Shown in pieces: positions 21,667 through 31,977 of a stretch of 64,000 nt of DNA. Both the position numbers and the translations under genes were made by a program. The notes below the pieces were generated by a model. It saw only the letters and a program-made list of their open reading frames with translations, was not told the DNA's origin and did no database searches. Source of the DNA: Abditibacteriaceae bacterium (GTDB lineage: Bacteria; Armatimonadota; Abditibacteriia; Abditibacteriales; Abditibacteriaceae); contig OZ255721.1 of the NCBI GenBank assembly GCA_965277285.1, forward strand, positions 2,848,001 through 2,912,000, written 5' to 3'. Numbering within the stretch: position 1 is the first letter of the stretch; the number at the start of each line of letters is the position of its first letter.

Positions 21667-22523
21667 GAGGGTGTATAGGAAAGGGTTAGACTTACATTTA
21701 TGAAACGCCAGAGCTATCCCAGTGATTTGAGCGAGGCACAATGGCAAGTGCTGCGCCCTTTGATCGAGCCACAGCGTGCGCGCGGTACGCGCAGGCTTTA
21801 CGCCCAACGCGAGATCGTCAACGCTTTGTTGTATCAGTTGACCAACGGCTGCTCGTGGCGTGCTTTGCCTCACGATTTTCCGCCTTACACTGTGGTTTGG
21901 TATCACTTCCGGCGCTGGCGTGACAACGGCACTCTCGAAGGTATCCACAGTTCGTTGCGTTCTCAAGTGCGCCAGGCCGATGGACGGGATGAGGCGCCCA
22001 GCGCAGCGATTCTGGACAGCCAGAGCGTCAAAACCACAGAAAAAGGGGGCCAAAAGGCTTTGATGCAGCCAAGAAAATAAAAGGGCGCAAGCGTCATATT
22101 CTGGTGGATACCAACGGCTTGTTGTTGCAAGTGTGTGTTCATGCTGCCAACGTTCAAGAGCGTGACGGAGCCAAATTACTTTTGCAAGACAAAGCCCTGT
22201 GGCGCTTTCCTTCACAACGTTTGCAGTTGATTTGGGCGGATGCAGGCTACTGGGGACACAAGTTCGCGGCTTGGGTGCGAGAAAACTGTGGCGTTGCGCT
22301 CCGAGTGATAAGCCGCAATGCCCTGGTGAACCGTCAATATGAAAACAAAGGCTACGTGCCGTTGCCGCGTCGCTGGGTTGTCGAAAGAACTTTTGCATGG
22401 TTGGGAAGATGTCGAAGGCTTTCAAAAGACTATGAGCAAAATGTCAAATCAAGTGAAACCTGGATTTATCTCGCCATGATCCGGCTTATGCTCCGAAGGC
22501 TTGCGTGATTCCTATACACCCTC
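21667..22523 (+). mobile_element. IS5-family (IS1031/IS427-like) insertion sequence, 857 bp, copy 1
   Basis: 15-bp perfect terminal IRs GAGGGTGTATAGGAA and a TCA target duplication (21664-21666, 22524-22526). Confidence 0.95.
21700..22508 (+). CDS. IS5-family DDE transposase split in two ORFs, probably joined by a -1 frameshift
   Basis: ORF1 runs [10 protein letters not shown]...[19 protein letters not shown] lies at 22040-22049. The -1 frame continues [19 protein letters not shown]...WADAGY...[11 protein letters not shown]. Confidence 0.9.
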
Positions 22524-22647
22524 TCAGAATGAAGCGCCAAGGTTTTCGCGTCACAATGGAGAACGATGACTAACAAAACTATAAATAGCAAAAGGATTTT
22601 CCGCCTGCATTTCTTTTAGCTCCCCACTTTGGAGCAGGAGAAATGTC

Positions 22648-22935
22648 ATGAGTCGTTCGTTTCGTCGTATTGCGAAGGGCGGATTCTGCGCTGATAGCGA
22701 GAAGAAGGAAAAAAGAGGCTGGCATCAGAAAATGCGTGCACGTTGCCATCAGGTCGTATACCACGCGTTGTTCCACGACGCAGAAGACGCTTTGATGCCG
22801 CTCGACAATGAAGTCAGCGATGTTTGGGGAATGAACAAAGACGGCAAGTACTGTTTTCTCGATGACTGGTCATACAAACCATTTTGCAGATCGCTCCCAA
22901 ACCTTCGCGGCGTACGACGTGAAATGCGCAAATGA
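22648..22935 (+). CDS. Small basic hypothetical protein
   Basis: SD AGGAG, then MSRSFRR...SEKKEKRGWHQKMR...DVWGMNKDGK, followed by hairpins. Confidence 0.65.
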   Translation: MSRSFRRIAKGGFCADSEKKEKRGWHQKMRARCHQVVYHALFHDAEDALMPLDNEVSDVWGMNKDGKYCFLDDWSYKPFCRSLPNLRGVRREMRK

Positions 22936-22979
22936 GAAAGGGCGCGTATTGAGTACTTGATACGCGCCCTCTAGCTGTA

Positions 22980-23067
22980 AAAGAACCCCGAGCGTAAGCG
23001 ACGGGTGTTGCGTGAGAATTACATTGAATTCTTACGCAACACCCGTCACTCACGCTCGGGGTTCTTT
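22980..23067. repeat. REP-like inverted repeat, family B
   Basis: AAAGAACCCCGAGCGTAAGCGACGGGTGTTGCGT...ACGCAACACCCGTCACTCACGCTCGGGGTTCTTT between convergent genes. Confidence 0.85.
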
Positions 23068-23092
23068 CCGTTTATGTCTCTGAGTGCTCGGT

Positions 23093-26000
23093 TTACGACT
23101 TCAACTTCACCAGCAAATCTTTGCTTTCCACCGTATCGCCGACCGCGACTAAAACGTCTTCGACGATGCCGTCGTTGGGCGCGTTGATCGTTGTATACAT
23201 CTTCATCGCTTCCAAGGTGAGCAACTTGTCGCCTTTGGAGACTTTCGCGCCGACGTTGCACGTCAAACTGGTAATCATGCCAGGAATTGGCGCGCCGATT
23301 TGGTTGGCGTCTTTGCCGTCGGCTTTGGCGCGCGCCACTTTTTCGGCTTTGACGCTGCGGTCTTGAATGGTCGTCTGGCGCGCCATGCCGTTCAATTCAA
23401 AATTAACGGCGCGAAAGCCTTCTTTATTGACATCGCCGACGTTGATCAGTTTGATAATCAAGGTTTTGCCGGCTTCGATTTCGACGTTGATTTCTTCGTC
23501 CGGCTGCAAGCCATAAAAATACGCGCTCGTCGGCAACACCGAAACGTCGCCGTATTCGCCGACGAACTTTTCATATTCCTCGAAGACTTGCGGATACATC
23601 AGATAAGAATAGAGATCGTCTTCGTCGGTTTCGCGCTCCAGCTTGGCAGATAATTCGGTTCGAGTACTCGAAAGGTCGAGCGGCGGCAAATCTTCGCCAG
23701 GACGATTGGTAATCGGCGTTTTATCGCCCAGCACAACGTGCTGCAGTTGCTGCGGCCAGCCGCCAAGCGGTTGGCCCAGATTGCCCATCAACATATCGAT
23801 CACCGATTCGGGAAATGGCGTCGCGCCCGGTTCAAGGTTCAAAATGTCGTTGGGCTTGATACCGCGCGTGATGCAGAACATCGCCAGATCGCCGACGACT
23901 TTTGAACTGGGCGTCACTTTCACGATGTCGCCGAAAAGTTGATTCACTTCGGCGTAAGTGCGCGCGATTTCCGGCCAGCGATGCGCCAAACCCATGCTCG
24001 CCGCCTGCTCTTTCAAGTTGGTGAACTGTCCGCCCGGCATTTCGTGCAAATACACTTCGGCGGTTCCGTTGGGCGGCGCCGTATCGAACGGCTTGTAGAA
24101 GGTTTTGACAGATTCCCAGTAATCAGAAAACTCGTCCAAGGTGCGCAAATCGAGATTGGTATCGCGCGGCGTGTGTTGCAAAGCCGCGACTACGCTGTTC
24201 AAGTTCGGCTGACTGGTCGAGCCGCTCATCGAAGCCAGCGCGAGGTCAACAACATCGACGCCCGCATCGGATGCCTGCAAAACGCTGGCAGCGTTCAAAC
24301 CGCTGGTATCGTGAGTGTGAAAATGAATCGGCAGCCCGATTTCCTGCTTCAGGGTTTCGACCAGTTTGTGCGCCGCATACGGACGACAAAGTCCGGCCAT
24401 GTCTTTGATGGCCAAAATATGCGCGCCCATTCGCTCCAGTTCTTTGGCCAATTCGACGTAATATTTCAGCGTGTATTTGTCGCGTTTCGGGTCGAGAATG
24501 TCGCCGGTGTAGCAAATCGCGGCTTCGCAAATGGCGTGCGTTTCCTGCACCGCATCCATGGCGACTTTCAAGTTTGGCACGTAATTCAAGCTGTCGAAAA
24601 TGCGGAAAATATCGATGCCGCGCGCGGCGGAATGCTTCACGAAACCACTCACCACGTTGTCGGGATAATTGGAATATCCGACGGCATTGCTGCCGCGAAA
24701 CAGCATTTGAAAACAAATGTTGGGAATGCGTTCGCGCAAAAGTTCCAGTCGTTCCCAAGGGTCTTCGCGCAGGAAGCGCATGGCGCTGTCAAAGGTCGCG
24801 CCGCCCCACATTTCCAGGCTGAACAAATCCGGCGTGCGTTGCGCAATCGCGTCCGCAATTAGCAACATATCGTAGGTGCGAACGCGCGTCGCCAGCAGAC
24901 TTTGATGCGCGTCGCGCAACGTCGTGTCGGTCACCAAAAGACGCGTTTGTTGGCGCGTCCAATCGGCGAAACCTTTGGCGCCCAATTTCAATAGCAAATC
25001 GCGCGTGCCTTCGGGCTTATTTTCCGACGTTCGAGTACTCGATGCGCCCGATTTCGGAACCGGCGCGGTCGCAAAGGTCGTGTGCGGCTTGAAACCTTTG
25101 GAGTTAGGATTTCCATTAACAACGGTTTCGCCCAGAAAATTGAGCAACTTCGTCGCGCGATCTTGGCGCGGCGCGAACTCGAACAGTTCAGGCGTGGTGT
25201 CAATTAATGTCGTGGTCGCATCACCGCGCCGGAATTGATCGTTGGCGACGACGTTTTCGATAAACGGAATGTTGGTTTTGACGCCGCGAATACGAAACTC
25301 GCGCAAGGCTCTGTCCATACGGTCGAGCGCCATCGGAAAAGTCTGCGCGCTGGCCGTGACTTTCACCAACAGCGAATCGTAAAACGGCGTCACGACGAAC
25401 CCCGCGCCCGCCATGCCGCCATCCAACCTGATGCCAAAACCGCCAGCCGAACGATACGCCAGAATCTTGCCGTAATCGGGCGTGAAACCGTTTTCCGGGT
25501 CTTCGGTCGTGATGCGCGCCTGCACCGCGTAACCGTTGCGCGCAATCGCATTTTGCTGCGGAATATCAATCGGTTCGCCGTGAAGTTCGTATCCTTGCGC
25601 GACCAGAATTTGCGCGCGTACCAGGTCGATTCCCGTAATGACTTCGGTCACGGTATGTTCGACTTGAATGCGCGGGTTCATCTCGATGAAGAACCATTCG
25701 TCGCGGTCGACATCGAGCAAAAACTCGACGGTTCCGGCGTTGTCGTAGCCGATTTCGCGCGCCAGATTTGCCGCCGCGTTGCACAATTCTTCGCGCGTTC
25801 GCGTACTCAAATTGACGCTGGGCGCGATTTCCACAACTTTCTGGTGGCGCCGTTGAACGCTGCAATCGCGTTCGTGCAAATGCACAACGTTGTTGTGACT
25901 GTCGCCCATAATCTGCACTTCGATGTGCTTGGCGCGCGGAATGTATTTTTCGAGAAACACCGAATCATCGCCAAAAGCGCGACCCGCTTCCTGTTGCGCT

Positions 26001-26560
26001 TCATCCAAAAGCGCTTCCAAATCTTCTTCTTTCAAGACGACGCGCATGCCTCTTCCGCCTCCGCCCGCCGCGGCTTTGATAATCAGCGGAAAACCGATGG
26101 TGCGCGCGGTTTCGAGTACTCGATCTCGGTTGCGAATCGGATCGGGCGTGCCAGGCAGCGTCGGAATGTTGAGCTTTTGCGTGACGTTGCGCGCGGCGAT
26201 TTTATCGCCCATCAGTTCGAGCAATTCGGCGCGCGGCCCGATGAACTTGATTCCGGCTTCGTCGCAGGCGCGCGCAAAACGGGCGTTTTCAGAAAGAAAA
26301 CCGTAGCCCGGATGAATGGCGTCGATTTCTTTTTCACGCGCCAGCGCGATGATGCCGTCGATGTCGAGATAAGCGCCGACTGGCCCTTTGCCTTCGCCGA
26401 TGAGATACGCTTCGTCGGCTTTGAAGCGGTGCATGGCGAAGCGATCTTCCTGCGCGTAAATGGCGACAGTACGCAAGCCAAGTTCAGTGGCGGCGCGAAA
26501 CACGCGAATGGCGATTTCGCTGCGGTTGGCGACCAGAAGTTTCTTGAATGGACGAATCAA
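23093..26560 (-). CDS. pyc: Pyruvate carboxylase
   Basis: ANRSEIA, HPGYGFLSE, GGGGRGMR, RDAHQS, IKDMAG, HTHDTSG and the biotin motif EAMKM. Start proposed at TTG 26560 after AAAGGA. Confidence 0.97.
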   Translation of the reverse strand: MIRPFKKLLVANRSEIAIRVFRAATELGLRTVAIYAQEDRFAMHRFKADEAYLIGEGKGPVGAYLDIDGIIALAREKEIDAIHPGYGFLSENARFARACDEAGIKFIGPRAELLELMGDKIAARNVTQKLNIPTLPGTPDPIRNRDRVLETARTIGFPLIIKAAAGGGGRGMRVVLKEEDLEALLDEAQQEAGRAFGDDSVFLEKYIPRAKHIEVQIMGDSHNNVVHLHERDCSVQRRHQKVVEIAPSVNLSTRTREELCNAAANLAREIGYDNAGTVEFLLDVDRDEWFFIEMNPRIQVEHTVTEVITGIDLVRAQILVAQGYELHGEPIDIPQQNAIARNGYAVQARITTEDPENGFTPDYGKILAYRSAGGFGIRLDGGMAGAGFVVTPFYDSLLVKVTASAQTFPMALDRMDRALREFRIRGVKTNIPFIENVVANDQFRRGDATTTLIDTTPELFEFAPRQDRATKLLNFLGETVVNGNPNSKGFKPHTTFATAPVPKSGASSTRTSENKPEGTRDLLLKLGAKGFADWTRQQTRLLVTDTTLRDAHQSLLATRVRTYDMLLIADAIAQRTPDLFSLEMWGGATFDSAMRFLREDPWERLELLRERIPNICFQMLFRGSNAVGYSNYPDNVVSGFVKHSAARGIDIFRIFDSLNYVPNLKVAMDAVQETHAICEAAICYTGDILDPKRDKYTLKYYVELAKELERMGAHILAIKDMAGLCRPYAAHKLVETLKQEIGLPIHFHTHDTSGLNAASVLQASDAGVDVVDLALASMSGSTSQPNLNSVVAALQHTPRDTNLDLRTLDEFSDYWESVKTFYKPFDTAPPNGTAEVYLHEMPGGQFTNLKEQAASMGLAHRWPEIARTYAEVNQLFGDIVKVTPSSKVVGDLAMFCITRGIKPNDILNLEPGATPFPESVIDMLMGNLGQPLGGWPQQLQHVVLGDKTPITNRPGEDLPPLDLSSTRTELSAKLERETDEDDLYSYLMYPQVFEEYEKFVGEYGDVSVLPTSAYFYGLQPDEEINVEIEAGKTLIIKLINVGDVNKEGFRAVNFELNGMARQTTIQDRSVKAEKVARAKADGKDANQIGAPIPGMITSLTCNVGAKVSKGDKLLTLEAMKMYTTINAPNDGIVEDVLVAVGDTVESKDLLVKLKS

Positions 26561-26690
26561 AATCGTGTCCTTTGTGGATAAAAACGGTGGTTTTATTTTA
26601 GCGCGCCACGAAATCTCCTGCCGCAAAATGATTAATCACCAAAATATAAAGAGCACCAAGAGACTGTAAAGATCGAGTACTCGAAACGCA

Positions 26691-26728
26691 CAAAAGCGCC
26701 GCAAGATTGGTTTCTCGCGGCGCTTTTG
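26691..26728 (-). terminator. Intrinsic terminator after manC
   Basis: CAAAAGCGCCGC...GCGGCGCTTTTG. Confidence 0.7.
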
Positions 26729-26740
26729 CGCTTGTTCGTT

Positions 26741-28150
26741 TTATCGTCCGTAGTTGTCTTCGGTGCGCACAATGTCGTCCTCGCCCAGATAAGCGCCCGA
26801 TTGCACTTCGATGAAATGCAAGGGAATCTTGCCCGGATTGTGGATGCGATGCGTCACGCCGCAGGGCACGTAAATCGATTCGTTTTCCGTCACAATCGTT
26901 TTATTGCCTTCGACCGTAACTTCCGCCGTGCCGCTGACGACGATCCAATGTTCCGAACGATGATGGTGCATTTGCATCGAAGTTTTCTGGCCTGGCTTCA
27001 CGATCAAACGCTTGACCTGGAAACGCTCGCCGGTTTCGATGCCTTCATAACTGCCCCACGGACGGAACACCTTGCGATGCGTTTCGTGTTCGGTGCGGCC
27101 TTCGCTGTTGAGCCACTGAACGATTTTCTTCACGTTTTGCGAATGCAGGCGATGTGTCACCAGCAAAGCATCGGCGGTTTCAACGATAACCAGATCATCG
27201 ACGCCGACGACCGCGACCAAACGCCTTTCGGCATGAACGTAACAATTGCGCGCGTCATGCAAAAACACTTCGCCACGCGCCGCATTGCCCGCAGCATCTT
27301 TGGGCTGCATTTCCCACAAAGCCGACCATGAACCCAGATCGCTCCAACCGATGTCGGACGGAATGACGACGGCTTTGTCGGTTTTTTCCATCACGGCGAC
27401 ATCGACGGAAAGCGCTGGCGATGACTGAAAGGCAACTTCTTCCAGGCGGCAGAAATCGAGATCTTGATAAGCGCCATCGACCGCCAATCGAGTACTCGAA
27501 ACGATTTCGGGATGATATTTTTCGAGTTCGTCCAGAAAAGCCTGCGCGCGAAACAAGAACATTCCGCTGTTCCACGAGTAATCGCCGGACGCCACATAAC
27601 TTTCCGCGGTTTTTTCGTCCGGTTTTTCGACAAAGCGCGAAACGCGAAACGCGCTGGCGTCATCGAGCAGAACTTCGCCGCGCTGAATGTAGCCGTAGCC
27701 AGTTTCCGCGCGATGCGGAACAATGCCGAACGTCACCAGAAAACCGTCCTGCGCCGCTTTTTCCGCATGACGAACGCAATTATGAAATGCGGCAACGTCC
27801 GTAATAACGTGGTCGGATGGCAACACCAGCATCAGCGCGTCCGGGTTTTTTTGCACCAGGTTCAAAGCGGCGGCGGCAATCGCGGGAGCTGTGTTGCGCG
27901 CCACAGGTTCGAGCATCAAGGCTTCGGGCTTCACGCCGACCGCTTGCACTTGCTCAGCGACCAGAAAACGATGCTCTTGATTGCATACGAAGACCGGCGG
28001 CGCCAAATCCAGACCGTCCAAGCGCAGCAAGGTGTCTTGCAAAAGGCTGTACTGCGAAGCCAGCGGCAAAAACTGTTTGGGCATCGATTGGCGCGACAAA
28101 GGCCACAAACGCGTGCCCGAACCGCCCACTAAAATAACGGGATGAAGCAT
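26741..28150 (-). CDS. manC: Mannose-1-phosphate guanylyltransferase / mannose-6-phosphate isomerase
   Basis: GGSGTRLWPLSR, PKQF, FVEKP, WNSGMF, WSDLGSW and a C-terminal cupin (RPWG, HHHRSEHW). SD GGAGA lies before ATG 28150. Confidence 0.95.
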   Translation of the reverse strand: MLHPVILVGGSGTRLWPLSRQSMPKQFLPLASQYSLLQDTLLRLDGLDLAPPVFVCNQEHRFLVAEQVQAVGVKPEALMLEPVARNTAPAIAAAALNLVQKNPDALMLVLPSDHVITDVAAFHNCVRHAEKAAQDGFLVTFGIVPHRAETGYGYIQRGEVLLDDASAFRVSRFVEKPDEKTAESYVASGDYSWNSGMFLFRAQAFLDELEKYHPEIVSSTRLAVDGAYQDLDFCRLEEVAFQSSPALSVDVAVMEKTDKAVVIPSDIGWSDLGSWSALWEMQPKDAAGNAARGEVFLHDARNCYVHAERRLVAVVGVDDLVIVETADALLVTHRLHSQNVKKIVQWLNSEGRTEHETHRKVFRPWGSYEGIETGERFQVKRLIVKPGQKTSMQMHHHRSEHWIVVSGTAEVTVEGNKTIVTENESIYVPCGVTHRIHNPGKIPLHFIEVQSGAYLGEDDIVRTEDNYGR

Positions 28151-28545
28151 TGATATCTCCGAATTAACTGAAATGATGAAACAAAAAACATACGACAATC
28201 GCCGCAACGCTGAATCGAGTACTCGAACGCAACACGTCAAAATCGTTGCAACTCGGGAACACATTGCAAGCATCAAAGCAAGCATCAAACAACAAGAACG
28301 GCGGCAAGAAAAACGTTTCGCGTCATGAAGAAAAGGCAATTGCTGGCGGACGACAATCATTAAGTCCAGACAAGACCCTTTCTTGCGGCGTCAGTTTAGC
28401 TAATGCGAGAGTTGCGAACGACTTCTGACGTTATTCCGACGTTATCAAATATCAAATGACGCTTCTGGGCGCGGCCAAAACTCAACTCGTTGCTTCTCGC
28501 CTTAATTTGATACAATCAGGTGGAATTATGGGAGAGCGACTTGTT

Positions 28546-29301
28546 ATGCCTTCAGTTACTTTTGAAACAAAATGCTGGGAAAACGATTGGGAATTTTTAT
28601 TAAAAACCAACCGTCTCTCGTTGATGGCGCAGCGCAACAATTTTGAATTCGCCAACAAAACTCTTTTTATCAACAATGTCAACGATTATAAAAAGGTTGC
28701 TGGCTACGCCCAAAAGCTGAAAGATAAAGGCATTTTGACAGACTTTCACATGGTTCGAGATTACGAAGACGAAGCGCTGAAATTTTTTCAGTTATCAAAA
28801 GAAATCCTGGGAAAAGGATATGTGTACTCGATAGCCGAATTGGTCAGCCTTTACCTTTGCCAGACGGATTTTCTGCTCCATTTTTCCGGCGACGCAATGC
28901 CGGCGCAAAGCACAAACTGGATAGAAAAAGTCTTCGAGAAATTCGATAAAAATCCTCAATTCAAGGTCGCCAACCTGACGTGGGATCATAAGTATGAAGA
29001 AGCCCGGTCGGAATCCCTCAGCGAAGACGACGATTTCTTTTCTGGATACGGCTTCTCAGACCAAATGTATCTGGTGCGCACCTCCGATTTCAAAGCGCCC
29101 ATTTATAACGAAGCACATCCAGATTCCGAGCGCTACCCGCAATATGGCGGAGAACTCTTTGAAAAGCGCGTGGACAGTTGGATGCGCAACCACGAATACC
29201 AACGCCTTACCTATAAGCACGGCTCATACTTGCACAAGAACTTCCCTCATCATCCACTAAAGCGAAAAGCCCGCTTGTTCCTTGACAAATACGCGAAGTA
29301 A
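28546..29301 (+). CDS. Hypothetical protein, possibly glycosyltransferase-like
   Basis: AT-rich ORF oriented opposite to the polysaccharide genes. DFLLHFSGD resembles a GT-A metal-binding region. Start uncertain (28528 or 28546). Confidence 0.55.
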   Translation: MPSVTFETKCWENDWEFLLKTNRLSLMAQRNNFEFANKTLFINNVNDYKKVAGYAQKLKDKGILTDFHMVRDYEDEALKFFQLSKEILGKGYVYSIAELVSLYLCQTDFLLHFSGDAMPAQSTNWIEKVFEKFDKNPQFKVANLTWDHKYEEARSESLSEDDDFFSGYGFSDQMYLVRTSDFKAPIYNEAHPDSERYPQYGGELFEKRVDSWMRNHEYQRLTYKHGSYLHKNFPHHPLKRKARLFLDKYAK

Positions 29302-29436
29302 CTTGTTGTTGTAAGACCTCGATTTCAATCGAGTACTCGATGTCTTGTCCACGCTGCTCCAAATGACTAATTTGTCACTTGAGCAGTGATTCATTTATGA
29401 GACATCTTGAATTTGGGGTTGTGCCACGCGGTCATA

Positions 29437-30402
29437 TCAGTGAGGTCGCGCACCATAACGGCGCAGCAAGTGATCTCGAGCGGCGCGGCACGCAACTTTT
29501 AAGCCTTTCCAGGCGTGCGGGTTTTTATGCGCGATCATTCTGGCACGTTCGCGCAGTTGGCGACCAAGAACGCAAAGCGTCGCGCTCCACGCCCAACGTC
29601 CGCTGTGCAAACGCACCAGCAAAAGGTTGTTGCGAAACGAATAGTAAAGCCCAGTCGCCGACCCGGAAGCCTGAGCTTGTTCAAAAGCGCGCCCAACTTT
29701 GTGAAAAACACGCGCCGACGGCACCAAACCGATTTTGAAACCGGCGCGCCGCACGCGCAAACTCAAATCCACATCTTCCCAGTTCAAGAAATACCGGTCG
29801 TCGAAGCCACGCAAGCGGCGCAGCACGTCCGCCGGAAAAAACATGGTGCAACCCGAAGCCCACGCCGTTTCTCGAATGCCTTCATCGCGTTGCAGCGGAT
29901 GCGCATTATCATGCACGGCGATACCACGTTTCATGTCCAGACGTGATCCGCAAAACCAGGCTTCCGCAGGACGGTCGTAATAGTTGACGACCGGCGTCAA
30001 TAAACCAAACGAAGGATTTTCTTGCGCGCTTTTCACCAGTTCGTTGATCGCCTGCGGTTCGATTGTCGTGTCGTTGTTCAACAGGAAAATGAAATTTGCG
30101 TCGCTTTTCAAAGCGCACTTAATGCCAACGTTGTTGCCGCCAGTAAAACCTAAGTTGGCTTTTGTCTCGATCAGTTCCACAGCGGGAAAGGCGTTACGAA
30201 TGCAGGTAGCGGAGTCATCGTGCGAACCGTTATCCACAACAATTATCTGCACATTCGAGTACTCGATTGCAGACAGCGAAGCCAGGCACTCCAGAGTGTC
30301 AGCTTTACCATTCCAATTGACCAGAATGACAGCGACGCGGGGAACGTTTTGCAGAACGTTTTTGTTAGGTGAGACAGGCACATTAGGGTGAGCAGCGATC
30401 AT
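29437..30402 (-). CDS. Glycosyltransferase family 2
   Basis: VILVNWNG, VVDNGS, NLGFTGGNN, LLNND and EDVDLSLR. Confidence 0.92.
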   Translation of the reverse strand: MIAAHPNVPVSPNKNVLQNVPRVAVILVNWNGKADTLECLASLSAIEYSNVQIIVVDNGSHDDSATCIRNAFPAVELIETKANLGFTGGNNVGIKCALKSDANFIFLLNNDTTIEPQAINELVKSAQENPSFGLLTPVVNYYDRPAEAWFCGSRLDMKRGIAVHDNAHPLQRDEGIRETAWASGCTMFFPADVLRRLRGFDDRYFLNWEDVDLSLRVRRAGFKIGLVPSARVFHKVGRAFEQAQASGSATGLYYSFRNNLLLVRLHSGRWAWSATLCVLGRQLRERARMIAHKNPHAWKGLKVACRAARDHLLRRYGARPH

Positions 30403-30424
30403 AAAAAAGGGCGCGATGACCAAT

Positions 30425-31036
30425 TTACTGAAACTTTTTCGCGTAACCTAACTTGTAGCGCAAATCGCGCGAGCGTTCGCGGATAACTTTGGCTGGCACG
30501 CCGCCGACGAGCGTATAAGGTGGCACATCTTTGGTCACAACCGCGCCGGACGCGACAACTGCGCCTTCGCCGATGCGGGTTCCTGGCAAGATCGTGGCGC
30601 GCGTGCCGATATAAGCGTAATCTTCAATCACGACTGGCCCGCCAGTTTCCGCGAAATCAGGATCGTCAATATCGTGTTCTCGCGTGTAAATACGCACTTC
30701 CGCCGCAATATTGACGCTCGAACCAATGGTGATGCCATCGCGCGCATCAAAAAACCCGTCGTTGCCGATGGTCGTATGTTCGCCTATTGTCAATCCTTCA
30801 GGATGAAAAAAACGCGTCCGCCAGTGCAAGGCGCTACTGCGCGGAAGCTTAACCCCTGCGTTGCGATAAACCGCGCGGCGCAGGCGATGCGAAGGAACAT
30901 AACCCACCAAAGTCAGAACATAAAGGCGCAAATCCGCCCAGATGTTGTTGAGCCACCAACGGCGCGCCTTGCGCAAAGGCGTAAGCCGCTTGCCCACTTC
31001 GCGCGCCGTTTCGCGCCATGACAATCGAGTACTCAT
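30425..31036 (-). CDS. Hexapeptide-repeat acyltransferase
   Basis: [10 protein letters not shown]...[35 protein letters not shown]. Confidence 0.92.
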   Translation of the reverse strand: MSTRLSWRETAREVGKRLTPLRKARRWWLNNIWADLRLYVLTLVGYVPSHRLRRAVYRNAGVKLPRSSALHWRTRFFHPEGLTIGEHTTIGNDGFFDARDGITIGSSVNIAAEVRIYTREHDIDDPDFAETGGPVVIEDYAYIGTRATILPGTRIGEGAVVASGAVVTKDVPPYTLVGGVPAKVIRERSRDLRYKLGYAKKFQ

Positions 31037-31055
31037 AAAAGAAGCGCCGACAAAA

Positions 31056-31940
31056 TTAACTGGTTCGACGCGCGAACTCGGCGGGAATTGACGAGGGAAG
31101 AGCGTGTAAAGGTTTCAAGGCTGGCCACAACCCGCGCGCAAATGGGTGAAAATCGCGCGTCCAACGCCAGAGGTATTTCGCTGGCAACCAACGCAAATAA
31201 TAAAACATCCACGTTTTCAACCCCTCGTTATGACCCCATGAAGCGACTTTCTGCCGAATGCTCGATGCCGGACGTCCCCATGAATTATGAATGACCGCGT
31301 CTTCAGCGCTCTCCAGCGCGATTCTGTACTCGTTCGCTGCTGCAGGACGCAGAATTTGCAAACTATCACGGTCGCCTGCGACCACAGGACGCACAAAATC
31401 GCCTTCGACAATGCGTGCGTGGCTCAGCGTCACAGAAGGTCGCACGCAAATCGAGCCTGGATATTCAAAGCGCGGCCCACCCGTACGTCCACAAACTTCC
31501 AGAAACCGCCCGTCTTTCATGGTGCGAAAAAGTACGCGCATCGGCCATTCAACAGCTGGAATGTCCATTGCCCGGGCATAATCCAAGACCTCGAGCAACG
31601 CTTGAGGGTTCGGCAGAACTTCATCGTTATCCAACTGTAGAACCCAGTCAGCACCTTCGCCCGCTTCTTGCAAAGCGTGTTGTCGCTGGTTTGTCTCGTT
31701 CTGCATCGACTCAAAGTCAGGACGCCCGTAATCACCCGGCGAAAAAATTATTTTGCTGTCCCGATCAATTGCTTTCAAGCGTTTTATGCATTCTTCAATC
31801 GGCATTTTCCCGTGTCCCGAAAAACCGCGATGCTCCTGATCGTAAGAAACTACAATCTTTTCGACCAGATCGTAGTACGACGAGACACCGGCTTCAAGCC
31901 AGCAAGGATCGGCGGCGAGAAGATAAGCATGAATCCGCAT
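31056..31940 (-). CDS. Putative GT-A fold glycosyltransferase
   Basis: [10 protein letters not shown] (DxD) and position in the polysaccharide operon. Confidence 0.65.
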   Translation of the reverse strand: MRIHAYLLAADPCWLEAGVSSYYDLVEKIVVSYDQEHRGFSGHGKMPIEECIKRLKAIDRDSKIIFSPGDYGRPDFESMQNETNQRQHALQEAGEGADWVLQLDNDEVLPNPQALLEVLDYARAMDIPAVEWPMRVLFRTMKDGRFLEVCGRTGGPRFEYPGSICVRPSVTLSHARIVEGDFVRPVVAGDRDSLQILRPAAANEYRIALESAEDAVIHNSWGRPASSIRQKVASWGHNEGLKTWMFYYLRWLPAKYLWRWTRDFHPFARGLWPALKPLHALPSSIPAEFARRTS

Positions 31941-31977
31941 AATTTAAGGAGCAACCCGACTTAAGGAACAGTCCAAC

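Noticed and set aside
22040..22104. Split transposase as a pseudogene
   Set aside because: Both copies have the same break at an A5G5 slippery run, which fits programmed -1 frameshifting in this IS5 subgroup.
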